A stretch of 64,000 nt of DNA. Source: Ignavibacteriota bacterium. GTDB taxonomy: Bacteria > Bacteroidota > Ignavibacteria > UBA10030 > UBA6906. Positions 1-9,048 of this stretch are shown here, piece by piece. The position numbers were made by a program, and so were the translations under genes. Positions within the stretch are counted from its first letter, which is position 1, and every line of letters begins with the position of its first letter. The notes beneath the pieces were generated by a model, which saw nothing but the letters and a program-made list of their open reading frames with translations, ran no database searches and was not told where the DNA came from. The stretch covers positions 819-64,818 of the forward strand of contig CAVVIT010000010.1 of NCBI GenBank assembly GCA_963748405.1, given 5' to 3'.

Positions 1-2
1 GC

Positions 3-239
3 GCGACGGTCGGGGACAGGATCGCGTTCTTCAACATTCCCGGACAGTGCAAGATCCGCATCTATACGGAGACGGGGGAGCTGATCAGGGAGATCCTGCA
101 CACGAACGGGAGCGGCGACGAGTACTGGAACTCGAACACGTCGTCGGGACAGGTCATCGTGAGCGGCGTCTACATCGTTATCTTTGAAAACATGAAGACC
201 GGCGAGCGAACGATCAAGAAACTTGCCGTCATACGCTAA
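3..239 (+). CDS. C-terminal fragment of a secreted protein ending in a T9SS CTD-like (type B-like) sorting domain; 5' end is outside the window
   Basis: Not in the ORF track. The frame from base 3 reads ATVGDRIAFFNIPGQCKIRIYTETGELIREILHTNGSGDEYWNSNTSSGQVIVSGVYIVIF...KKLAVIR, with TAA at 237-239. The IRIY-x3-G-x-L...W...SGVY...K pattern is typical of CTDs. Confidence 0.75.
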   Translation, partial: ATVGDRIAFFNIPGQCKIRIYTETGELIREILHTNGSGDEYWNSNTSSGQVIVSGVYIVIFENMKTGERTIKKLAVIR

Positions 240-258
240 AACTGAACCGGGGTATTCA

Positions 259-1275
259 ATGAGAACGACACAACTCAGACTGCTCCTCCTTTTGTGTGCC
301 CTCTGCGCCTGGAACGCCTCCGGCCAGCAGAAACTCGCACAGACCGGCATGAAGTTTCTTACCGTCGGGACGGATGCACGGGCCGTGGGTCTCGGCGAGG
401 CTCTGACCTCCGTGGAAGGGGATGCGTCTGCGATGTTCTTCAATCCGGCGACCATGTCCCGACTCTCGAGCCCGGTGAGCATTGCGTTGAGCGACGCGAA
501 ATACATCGCGGACATCAACCACTACGGCGGAGCGGTCGCCATCGCGCCTTCGGGCGGCGACTGGGGGGTCTTCGGCCTCGCCCTCCATTACGTCGACTAC
601 GGGACGTTCGACGGCACGATCGTCGATCCCTCGAGCTCCGAGGGATATCAGGAAACGGGTCCGTTCCGTCCCTCCGGCCTCTCTCTCGGCCTGAGCTACG
701 CGCGCGCGCTGAACGACAAGTTCTCCGTCGGCGGGACCGCGAAGTACGTCCGCCAGTCGCTGGGGATCGCGGTGACGGCCATCGATCCCGGGACCGGCGC
801 CCGGACGCAGTCGAGCAACAGCGTCGACGTGATGGCGTTTGATTTCGGCATCCTGTACAGGACGGGGTTCAAGAGCCTGAACTTCGGAATGGTGGTCCAG
901 AATTTCTCACGCGAAGTGGAGTACGAGAAGGAGCCGTTCCAGCTTCCGTTGACGTTCAAACTCGGCATCTCGATGAACGTCTTTGACCTGTCGCACATGG
1001 AGCATTCGGACCACGCCCTTCTCGTGTCGCTCGACGCAGAGCATCCCCGCGACTTTGCTGAAATGGTCCGCCTCGGCCTCGAGTACCGGTTCCAGGACAT
1101 GATCGCGCTCCGCGTGGGCTACGTCTCCCCGCAGGACGAGACGAAATGGTCGTACGGCATCGGTCTTCACAAGGCCAACGTGATGGGAACGCTCGGATTC
1201 GGGCTCGATTATGCATACACGCCGTTCGGGTTGTTCGGCAGCGTGCACCGCTTCTCCGTCCAGTTTGCAATGTAG
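259..1275 (+). CDS. PorV/PorQ (UPF0164/FadL-like) outer-membrane beta-barrel
   Basis: Signal peptide from ATG 259. Motifs FLTVGTDARAVGLGEA and AMFFNPA, alternating beta-strands and an aromatic near-terminal residue (VHRFSVQFAM). Confidence 0.85.
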   Translation: MRTTQLRLLLLLCALCAWNASGQQKLAQTGMKFLTVGTDARAVGLGEALTSVEGDASAMFFNPATMSRLSSPVSIALSDAKYIADINHYGGAVAIAPSGGDWGVFGLALHYVDYGTFDGTIVDPSSSEGYQETGPFRPSGLSLGLSYARALNDKFSVGGTAKYVRQSLGIAVTAIDPGTGARTQSSNSVDVMAFDFGILYRTGFKSLNFGMVVQNFSREVEYEKEPFQLPLTFKLGISMNVFDLSHMEHSDHALLVSLDAEHPRDFAEMVRLGLEYRFQDMIALRVGYVSPQDETKWSYGIGLHKANVMGTLGFGLDYAYTPFGLFGSVHRFSVQFAM

Positions 1276-1316
1276 GTGCAATCTTTCGTGACCAGTATAA
1301 TGGAAACGGCACACTC

Positions 1317-2546
1317 ATGAAACATTCCTTACTCATCCTTGCGCTCGGCCTGGCGGTCACCGTCGGTACGTTCTCCGGCTGCACGAAGAAGCCCGACCCG
1401 AGCCTCTTCGATCCCAACTGGCAGAGCCTGCCGGCACCGACAATCGCGTCCCTGGCGCCTCCGGGATCCGCGCTGGCGGGAGTGACGGTGGTGACGGTCA
1501 CGGGGACGAACTTCTCGTCGACGCTCACGAACAACATCGTCTACTTCGGCTCGGCCCCCGGGACGGTCCTCACCGCCTCGGCGACGTCGCTCACCGTCAG
1601 GGCCCCCCTCGTGGTCAGCGATTCGGTCCAGGTTTCCGTCGCCGTCCTTGGCTCTCAGTATCTCAGCAACTATGTTGCCTACAGCCTCAAGTCGGCGGTC
1701 TCCCGTCTGAGCGTTCCGTCGAAGGGGGAGGACCCCAACGGCATCACGTGCGACGCCTCCGGGAACGTGTACGTGTCCCTCGTGGATTCCGCGTCGGGGA
1801 GCGGTCTCGGCCTCTGGAAGCTCACTCCGGAACAGATCGGCGTGAAACGCGATACGGCGAACGCCCACCTGTACTCGACGACTGCGGGCGTGACGAAATG
1901 GACCGGGTTGAAGATGGGGCCGGCCGGCGTGCTCTATGCCGCGAGAAACCTGCAGGCGCTTTACCGGATCCCGGCGGGCGGCGGTGCGGGAGCGGTATGG
2001 GTGCTCTTCCCGGGCGGCGTCAAGATCTATGACTTCGACTTCGACGCCAACCATAACGTCTGGGCCGGCGGTGCCAACAGCAACATCTACAGGATCACTC
2101 CCGCGGGCGCGATCAAGGCATTCCCGTTCGTCGGGACATGCCGTGCGTTCCGGGTCTACAACGGCAGTCTCTACGTCGGCGCGAAGACCGATTCGCTTGA
2201 AAGTGTCTGGCAGTTCCCGATCGTTTCCTCCGACAGTCTGGGGACGCCCACGAAGTACGTCGACTTCTCTGCAAAGTATGTTCCGAACGGTCCGGGCGTT
2301 CAGTGCATCACGTTCTCGTCCGACGGCGATCTGTACATCGGGACGGATGCGCCGGAGGGGATCATCGTCGTCCACCAGGGCGGATCGAGCGAGCCGCTCT
2401 ATCCCGGCATCATATTCCCGGAGCCGGTGGCGTGCACGTGGGGACTCGGTCCGAACCTCATCGTTTCGCGGCTGGGGACGATTCCTCACTCAATGCTCGT
2501 GATCAACACGCTCAAGACCAGCGCGCCCTATTACGGCATTCAGTAA
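1317..2546 (+). CDS. Lipoprotein with IPT/TIG domain and NHL/SGL-like beta-propeller
   Basis: Lipobox-like TFSG-C. IPT pattern PTIASLAP...G..VTVTGTNF. Repeated blades (GITCDASGNVYV, FDFDANHNVWA, ITFSSDGDLYI). Start moved to ATG 1317. Confidence 0.75.
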   Translation: MKHSLLILALGLAVTVGTFSGCTKKPDPSLFDPNWQSLPAPTIASLAPPGSALAGVTVVTVTGTNFSSTLTNNIVYFGSAPGTVLTASATSLTVRAPLVVSDSVQVSVAVLGSQYLSNYVAYSLKSAVSRLSVPSKGEDPNGITCDASGNVYVSLVDSASGSGLGLWKLTPEQIGVKRDTANAHLYSTTAGVTKWTGLKMGPAGVLYAARNLQALYRIPAGGGAGAVWVLFPGGVKIYDFDFDANHNVWAGGANSNIYRITPAGAIKAFPFVGTCRAFRVYNGSLYVGAKTDSLESVWQFPIVSSDSLGTPTKYVDFSAKYVPNGPGVQCITFSSDGDLYIGTDAPEGIIVVHQGGSSEPLYPGIIFPEPVACTWGLGPNLIVSRLGTIPHSMLVINTLKTSAPYYGIQ

Positions 2547-2624
2547 TCTCGGTTTTTGTTCGATGTTCCACGCACCATCATGGTAAGCTGTTAACACAAT
2601 CAACCACCAACACAGGAGTGCGTC

Positions 2625-4091
2625 ATGAAGAAAACCGTTACTGCAGTGATTCTGCTCTCCATTCTCGCCGCTGTCACGGCCTTCGGGCAGTGGCAGGACA
2701 TGGGGGTATTTCCCAAGGCGGGTCTGGTTGCGGGGGACACGATTCACTACGGCATCCACGGGATCGCCACGGATCCCGACGGCAAGATCTGGGTTCTGAG
2801 CTATTATGCGTACCCGGAAGACACGATCCTCGTGCCGAACTACGGCGCGCGCATCGGGAACCAGACGCACACGATCACCGACAGCATCATCTCGAAGCAG
2901 GTCGCGGTGCGCGTCATCCGGGTCTACAATCCGAACGGAACGCAGGTATCGTTCTCTCCGATCAAATTCCTCACCGTCAATGCCCACCAGGACACGATCG
3001 GCGGCGCGTCTCTTCAGGCGTACACTGGCGCACCCTGGATCTGGGATCCGACGAACAGCCCGAACACCGGCCGCGGTCTCCGCGCCGACCAGAACGGCAA
3101 CATCATCGCTTCGATGTTCAACATCTTCTACCGGATCAACTACAAGACCGGCGCGGGGATGGCGAAGGGTATCGAGAACTCCGCGGGTGCCTCGACTGTT
3201 TCCCCGGGTATCGACGCCAACGGGTACATCTATTCGACGAAGGTCGCCTCCGGTGCAGCTCCTCTGGCGATATTCAACCCCGATCTCACGTTCCTGCAGA
3301 ATGCGGTCGACACGCTCGACCCGAACTCGTTCTGCCGCGCGGTCGAAGTCTCCAAGGACGGCAACGACATCTACTTCCCGGGCTACACGGACCGGGCAAT
3401 TTACCGCTATCGCTCCCCCGCCAGCGTGCTGGGTTCGTTCTACACGCGCATCGACACCGTCCTGAAGGGTTTCCACTGCGAATCGATCGGCTGGAACACC
3501 AAGAAGAGCGGCACGAATGCGTACCTCTGGGCGAGCTGCGGTTCGTTCAACGACGTGCCGAACGACTGGCCGGGTCTGACGACGAGCTACACCCCGGGAA
3601 CCTGGTATGCGATCGATACGACAGGCAACTGCACGGTGAAAGACAGCATCAAGTGGACATTCTTCATCGCGGCAGATGCGAACGAGCGTCCGCGCTCGAT
3701 CGCCTTCAGCAAGAGCGGTGATACGGCGTATGTCGGCGTGTTCGGTCTCACGGGACACGGCAACCCGTCAATGCGCTCCTACAAGCGGACGGTGACGAGC
3801 ATCGGCGTTGTGACGAACAACGTTCCGGACGGTTACGCGCTGTCGCAGAACTATCCGAATCCTTTCAACCCCTCGACCGAAATCGAGTTCAAGGTTGCGA
3901 AGGCCGGTATGACGACGCTCGTGGTGTATGACATCCTCGGTCGGGAAGTCTCCACGCTCGTCAATCAGAACATGAACCCCGGGACGTTCAAGGTGAAGTT
4001 CGACGGTACGCGCCTTGCCTCCGGGACGTACATCTACACGTTTACTTCGGGCAACGCCCGCATCACGAAGAAACTGATGCTGCTGAAGTAA
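2625..4091 (+). CDS. T9SS type A sorting domain protein with beta-propeller body, function unknown
   Basis: AGGAG RBS and signal peptide. Blade motifs (GIATDPDGKIWV, GIDANGYIY, IAFSKSGDTAYV). [18 protein letters not shown]...LASGTYIY...KKLMLLK. Confidence 0.8.
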   Translation: MKKTVTAVILLSILAAVTAFGQWQDMGVFPKAGLVAGDTIHYGIHGIATDPDGKIWVLSYYAYPEDTILVPNYGARIGNQTHTITDSIISKQVAVRVIRVYNPNGTQVSFSPIKFLTVNAHQDTIGGASLQAYTGAPWIWDPTNSPNTGRGLRADQNGNIIASMFNIFYRINYKTGAGMAKGIENSAGASTVSPGIDANGYIYSTKVASGAAPLAIFNPDLTFLQNAVDTLDPNSFCRAVEVSKDGNDIYFPGYTDRAIYRYRSPASVLGSFYTRIDTVLKGFHCESIGWNTKKSGTNAYLWASCGSFNDVPNDWPGLTTSYTPGTWYAIDTTGNCTVKDSIKWTFFIAADANERPRSIAFSKSGDTAYVGVFGLTGHGNPSMRSYKRTVTSIGVVTNNVPDGYALSQNYPNPFNPSTEIEFKVAKAGMTTLVVYDILGREVSTLVNQNMNPGTFKVKFDGTRLASGTYIYTFTSGNARITKKLMLLK

Positions 4092-4123
4092 ATCGGCTCC
4101 TCCGGCCGGGAAATCCGGTTCGG

Positions 4124-4162
4124 AAAGGCACCACGCCGTATCAGGCGTGGTGCCTTTTTTTT
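4124..4162 (+). terminator. Intrinsic terminator
   Basis: Perfect 14-bp stem AAAGGCACCACGCC / GGCGTGGTGCCTTT with a 6-nt loop, running into a T8 tract, about 30 nt after stop 4091. Confidence 0.9.
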
Positions 4163-4208
4163 GTTGGGAAAATCAGTACATTTGAACTCACCAGTCTTTC
4201 CCCATTCC

Positions 4209-6581
4209 ATGAAAAAAACCCGTTTCGCAATCGCCATAGCGGTCCTACTCCTCGCCGCCTCCGCGGCGCTTTCCCAGGTGTCACCCAAGAACGAGTTCCG
4301 CGGCGTCTGGCTCACGACGGTAGGGGCGACCGACTGGCCGCCAGCGCTGGGCGGTCCCGTCCAGCGGCAGAAGGACTCGCTCGTGGCGATCCTCGACAAA
4401 CTGCGGGGCGCCGGGTTCAACGCGGTGATATTCCAGATCCGCCCCGAATGCGACGCGCTCTACCAGTCCTCGATCGAGCCCTGGTCCTACTGGCTCACCG
4501 GCTCGCAGGGGACTCCTCCGCAGTCGCCGTTCGACCCGCTCCAGTTTGCCATCGACGAAGCCCACAAGCGGGGGATGGAGCTTCACGCGTGGTTCAACCC
4601 GTACAGGGCAGTCAATTCGATCGGGTCGTACCTGATCAGCCCGATGCACGTCTCCGTCCAGCACCCGGGGTGGATACTCACGATCGGGAACCTCAAGATG
4701 CTGGATCCGGGACTGCCTGACGTCCGGGCCTACGTCACGAGCGTCATCCTCGATGTGACCCGCCGGTATGATGTCGACGGGATACATATGGACGATTACT
4801 TCTACGCCGAGGGTATCACGGCCCACCAGGACGATTCTTCGTACGGTCTCAACTGGCGGGGAATCTCCGACAGGGGTGACTGGCGCCGCGACAATGTGAA
4901 CATCCTGCTCCGGGGGATCTACGACAGCATCATGGTCGTGAAGCCGTGGGTCAAGTTCGGGATGAGCCCCGCGGGGATCTGGAGGGACGGCTACCCTCCG
5001 GGAACGTCCGGGAATGACAATTACAGCGTGATCTACGGCGATCCGATGGCCTGGCTCGACGGCCAGTATGTCGATTACCTCGCCCAGCAGCTCTACTGGA
5101 AATTCGGCGGCCCGCAGGACTATGCAAAGCTCGAGCCCTGGTGGTCCGACTCCATCGCCGTGCACGGGCGGCATTCGTATCCCGGGCTCGCCACGTACAG
5201 GATAGGTACGTCGTCGTTCGGCGACGCTTCCCAGATCGCCCAGCAGATACAGTTCTCCCGGGGAGACGCGAACACACAGGGGAACATACAGTTCACGGCG
5301 AACTACATCACGTCGGGAAACACCGGGGGTATCACCGATACGCTCAGGAATGATATCTATCATTACCCGGCGCTTATAACGCCGATGCCCTGGAAGGACA
5401 TGACGGTCCCCTCGATGCCGCGCGGCATCCGCTATGCGCCGCTCGCCGGCGTGGCCCCCGCGGCGATCCAGTGGGACCTCCCGATCGTGTCGCTGAACGG
5501 CGATACGGCGTACCGCTACGTGGTGTACAGATTCGATCACCGGCCCGCCGCCTCGGAGCTTGCCCTCTCGCAGAACATCCTCTCGGTCGAGGGGAGGAGG
5601 TATTTCGTTCCTCCGGCCCCGCCGTCCGGCGGTCCGTGGTACTACGTCGTCACCTCTCTCAGCCGCAATTACGTCGAGAGCGACACGAGCAACATCATCA
5701 TACTCTCCGCGCCTCCGGCTCCGTTCCTTTCGGCTCCTCTCGCCGGTGCGTCCGATGTGCCCGAGAGCCTGAGCGTATCGTGGCATGCTTCGACGCTGGC
5801 CTCCGGTTACCAGTTGCAGGTCGGCACCGACTCGGCGTTCGCCGGCGGATTGATATGGAACGAATCGGCGATCACGGACACGTTCCGGCTTGTGAAGGGA
5901 TTCCAGGGGCAGACCGTCTACTACTGGCGCGTGCGCGCCTCGGGCGGCGGGGGAGTGAGCGCGTGGGCCACCGCGTCGAATTTCAGGACCGGGTTCCCTG
6001 CTTCGCCGGCGCTTTCGTATCCGCCCAACATGCAGGCGGACCTGCCCGTCTTCCTTGCTCTCCGCTGGTCGCCGGCTGCGTCGCTCAAGCCCGTGACCTA
6101 CCGGGTGCAGATCGGCAAAAGCGCAGATCTTGCCTCTCCCGTGATGGACTCGACCGGCGTCGTCGACACGACTCTCGGCGTGACTCCGCTCCAGTATTTC
6201 ACGATCTACTTCTGGCGCGTGAGGGCCGTGAATTCCGTCGGGACCGGCACGTGGTCCCCGGTGTACCGGTTCCGGACCGTACAGGTCTCGGGCGTGGACC
6301 CCGTACCCGACGTTCCCTCGACGTTCGGTCTCGATCAGAACTACCCGAATCCTTTCAATCCCGCGACGATGATCGGCTATCAGGTCCCCGTTGCAGGCAG
6401 GGTGTCGATCATCGTGTATGACGTCCTCGGCCAGGAGGTCTCGCGTCTTGTCGACGGGGTTGAATCTCCCGGAAGGCACGCGGTTCCCTGGAACGGATCG
6501 AACAGGGCGAGCGGCGTGTACATTGTCCGCATGACCGCGGGCTCGTTCGTCGCCACAAAACGCATGCTCCTCATCAAATGA
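4209..6581 (+). CDS. GHL10/DUF187 (YddW/DigH-like) glycoside hydrolase with FN3-like repeats and T9SS CTD
   Basis: EFRGVWLTTV..DWP, LHAWFNPYR and DGIHMDDYFY. Two YYWRVRA/YFWRVRA FN3-like modules. [12 protein letters not shown]. Signal peptide from ATG 4209. Confidence 0.88.
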   Translation: MKKTRFAIAIAVLLLAASAALSQVSPKNEFRGVWLTTVGATDWPPALGGPVQRQKDSLVAILDKLRGAGFNAVIFQIRPECDALYQSSIEPWSYWLTGSQGTPPQSPFDPLQFAIDEAHKRGMELHAWFNPYRAVNSIGSYLISPMHVSVQHPGWILTIGNLKMLDPGLPDVRAYVTSVILDVTRRYDVDGIHMDDYFYAEGITAHQDDSSYGLNWRGISDRGDWRRDNVNILLRGIYDSIMVVKPWVKFGMSPAGIWRDGYPPGTSGNDNYSVIYGDPMAWLDGQYVDYLAQQLYWKFGGPQDYAKLEPWWSDSIAVHGRHSYPGLATYRIGTSSFGDASQIAQQIQFSRGDANTQGNIQFTANYITSGNTGGITDTLRNDIYHYPALITPMPWKDMTVPSMPRGIRYAPLAGVAPAAIQWDLPIVSLNGDTAYRYVVYRFDHRPAASELALSQNILSVEGRRYFVPPAPPSGGPWYYVVTSLSRNYVESDTSNIIILSAPPAPFLSAPLAGASDVPESLSVSWHASTLASGYQLQVGTDSAFAGGLIWNESAITDTFRLVKGFQGQTVYYWRVRASGGGGVSAWATASNFRTGFPASPALSYPPNMQADLPVFLALRWSPAASLKPVTYRVQIGKSADLASPVMDSTGVVDTTLGVTPLQYFTIYFWRVRAVNSVGTGTWSPVYRFRTVQVSGVDPVPDVPSTFGLDQNYPNPFNPATMIGYQVPVAGRVSIIVYDVLGQEVSRLVDGVESPGRHAVPWNGSNRASGVYIVRMTAGSFVATKRMLLIK

Positions 6582-7837
6582 GACTCCTGTCATTGCGAGC
6601 GAAGCGAAGCGCGCTCTTTGCGTCCCGCCGCAGGCGGGGCAATCTGGCAAGATTCTTTCTCACCGCGGCGTGCCTGTCCCTGCTCGCCGGGTGCACCCGA
6701 ACAACGGAACCACCGATGGTGAACGCTCTTCTTGATGAAGCCGGAAAGAAATTGGCCCCCGATCACCGCACGTCGGTGTTTGACGTTCAGGGGACGGTCT
6801 CCGGCAACACGCTCACGCTGACGGGGGATGTGCAGGACTCCGTCATGAAGGATCAGCTCCTCCGGTTCGTCCGGGAAAAAGGGAGCTATACCGTCGTCGA
6901 CAGCATCGCTATTCTTCCCGGCGCATCGGTCGGAGAGAAGACGTTCGGCGTCGTCAACGTGAGCGTTGCCAACCTGCGCACGAAACCCGAGCACCCTGCG
7001 GAGATGGCTTCGCAGGCGATCCTGGGCACCCCGGTGAAGATCCTGAAGAAGAAGGGGGGATGGTACCTTGTCCAGACCCCTGACGAGTACCTGGGATGGA
7101 CCGACGACAGGATCGTCCGCATGACGAAAGAAGCTTACGGTACATGGGCTCAGGCCCCCAAGCTTATCGTAACGGCGGAAGTGACCCGCGTCCGGACGGG
7201 GAAAGACAGGACATCCCAGCCGGTGAGCGACGTGGTGGCTGGATCTCTCCTTGCCCTGAAGGGCTCCTCCGGCGGGTACTACGAAGCCGGGTATCCGGAC
7301 GGCCGTACCGGGTTCATCGCGAAAGACGAAGCGCAGCCGTTCGAAACCTGGCTCGCCGGGGCGCAGGATACGCCCGAGCGGATCGTGGCGACGGCGAAAC
7401 GGTTCTTCGGCGTTCCGTATCTCTGGGGAGGGACATCGGCCAAGGGGATGGACTGTTCCGGATTCACGAAGACGGTCTACTACCTGAACGGCGTCCTCCT
7501 GCCGCGCGACGCCGATCAGCAGGCGGCCGTGGGCGATCCGGTGGATGTTCCCGCGGGGAAGATGGACCTGAAGCCCGGAGACCTGCTCTTCTTCGGATCG
7601 CACGCGACGGCGGAGAAGCCGGAGAGGATTACGCACGTCGCCATTTCTCTCGGCGGGCGCCGCTTCATACACTCGTCCGCCGATGTGCACTACAACAGTC
7701 TCGATCCCGCCGACTCCGATTACAGCGACTTCCGCTCGGCGAGTTTCATCAAAGCGCGCCGGATCATCGGGGCCGGCGAAACCTCCGGCGTCCGCCGGCT
7801 TTCACACATCCCATATTACCGGGGCGATGAACACTGA
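6578..7837 (+). CDS. SH3b + NlpC/P60 (C40) lipoprotein, YkfC/dipeptidyl-peptidase VI-like gamma-D-Glu-diamino acid endopeptidase
   Basis: Lipobox LLAG-C. VSVANLR..P...EMASQAILG (SH3b). PYLWGGTS.KGMDCSGF, LPRDADQQ, THVAI and FIHS. ATGA overlap with the upstream stop. Confidence 0.9.
   Translation: MRLLSLRAKRSALFASRRRRGNLARFFLTAACLSLLAGCTRTTEPPMVNALLDEAGKKLAPDHRTSVFDVQGTVSGNTLTLTGDVQDSVMKDQLLRFVREKGSYTVVDSIAILPGASVGEKTFGVVNVSVANLRTKPEHPAEMASQAILGTPVKILKKKGGWYLVQTPDEYLGWTDDRIVRMTKEAYGTWAQAPKLIVTAEVTRVRTGKDRTSQPVSDVVAGSLLALKGSSGGYYEAGYPDGRTGFIAKDEAQPFETWLAGAQDTPERIVATAKRFFGVPYLWGGTSAKGMDCSGFTKTVYYLNGVLLPRDADQQAAVGDPVDVPAGKMDLKPGDLLFFGSHATAEKPERITHVAISLGGRRFIHSSADVHYNSLDPADSDYSDFRSASFIKARRIIGAGETSGVRRLSHIPYYRGDEH
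6588..6645 (+). repeat. TGTC-tagged palindromic (REP/RPE-like) repeat, copy 1, inside a coding sequence
   Basis: TGTCATTGCGAGCGAAGCGAAGCGCGCTCTTTGCGTCCCGCCGCAGGCGGGGCAATCT. Its 3' half is near-identical to 47047-47088 and its 5' half is identical to 57008-57030. Confidence 0.85.
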
Positions 7838-8966
7838 CAGACGGACATTCCTCAAACGTTCGGCCCTCGCGGGGGCTTCACTCGCGATTGGCCGCGGCAG
7901 CCTCCTGTCATTCGGCAGACCGGAGGGCACGACACACACATCGGGAAATCCCATGAAAATCAGATTCTATCCCTACACGCTTGAGCTGAAACACGTGTTC
8001 ACCGTCGCCACGTTCTCGCGGAGCACGACTCCCGTCATGATGGTCGAGCTGGAACAGGACGGGATCACCGGGTACGGCGAGGCCTCGATGCCGCCCTACC
8101 TCGGCGAGAGCCACGCGACGGCGACGGCGTTCCTCTCGAACGTGGACATGTCCAGGTACCCCGACCCCTTCCGCATGGAGGACATCCTCCGGGACATCGA
8201 CGCGATCGCCCCGGGGAACATGGCGGCGAAAGCCGCGGTCGATATCGCGCTCCACGACTGGGTCGGGAAGAAAATGGGGTACCCCTGGTACAAGATCTGG
8301 GGGCTCGACCCGTCGAAGGCTCCCGTGACCACGTTCACGATCGGCATCGACAAGCCGGACGTGGTGAGACAGAAAGTCAAGGAAGCGGAAATCTACAAGG
8401 TCCTCAAGGTCAAGATGGGGCTTGCCAACGACAAGGAGATGATCGAGACCATCCGCGAGGTCACCGACAAGCCGATCCGCGTGGACGTGAACCAGGGGTG
8501 GAAGGACCGCGAAGCGGCCCTGAAGATGATCGAGTGGCTCGCGACGAAAGGGGTGGAGTTCGTGGAGCAGCCCATGCCGAAAGAGCAGGTGGACGATATC
8601 GCGTGGCTTCGCTCAAAGAGCCCCCTTCCCCTCATCGGGGACGAAAGCGTCGTCCGGATGTCGGACATTAAGAAGGCCATCGGCGTCTTTGACGGGATCA
8701 ACATCAAGCTGATGAAATCCACCGGGATGCACGAAGCGTACAAGATGATCGCGACCGCCCGGGCGCTCGGCATGAAGGTCATGATCGGGTGCATGACGGA
8801 GACGTCCTGCGCCATCTCGGCCGCCGCCCAGCTTTCCCCCCTGGCGGACTATGCGGATCTCGACGGCGCCCTCCTGATAAGCAACGACCTGTTCAGGGGC
8901 GCCACGATCGTGGACGGCAAAGTGACGCTGACCGACGGCCCCGGCATCGGCGTCACCAAGATATAA
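7827..8966 (+). CDS. L-Ala-D/L-Glu dipeptide epimerase (enolase superfamily) with Tat signal peptide
   Basis: MNTDRRTFLK twin-arginine motif. LKVK, DVNQGW, EQP, GDES, INIKLMK and the DLDG epimerase motif. Adjacent to the YkfC-like peptidase, as in ykfB-ykfC. Confidence 0.92.
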   Translation: MNTDRRTFLKRSALAGASLAIGRGSLLSFGRPEGTTHTSGNPMKIRFYPYTLELKHVFTVATFSRSTTPVMMVELEQDGITGYGEASMPPYLGESHATATAFLSNVDMSRYPDPFRMEDILRDIDAIAPGNMAAKAAVDIALHDWVGKKMGYPWYKIWGLDPSKAPVTTFTIGIDKPDVVRQKVKEAEIYKVLKVKMGLANDKEMIETIREVTDKPIRVDVNQGWKDREAALKMIEWLATKGVEFVEQPMPKEQVDDIAWLRSKSPLPLIGDESVVRMSDIKKAIGVFDGINIKLMKSTGMHEAYKMIATARALGMKVMIGCMTETSCAISAAAQLSPLADYADLDGALLISNDLFRGATIVDGKVTLTDGPGIGVTKI

Positions 8967-9016
8967 CGTCATTGTGCGCTTTTTTGCATGGCGCCGCAGG
9001 CGCCACGAAGCAAGCT
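8967..9016 (+). repeat. CGTC-tagged palindromic repeat, copy 2 (degenerate)
   Basis: CGTCATTG...TGGCGCC-GCA-GGCGCCA-CGAAGCAAGCT, starting immediately after stop 8966. Confidence 0.7.
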
Positions 9017-9048
9017 AAGCCCCTATTCACACTGAAAACCATGACCCC

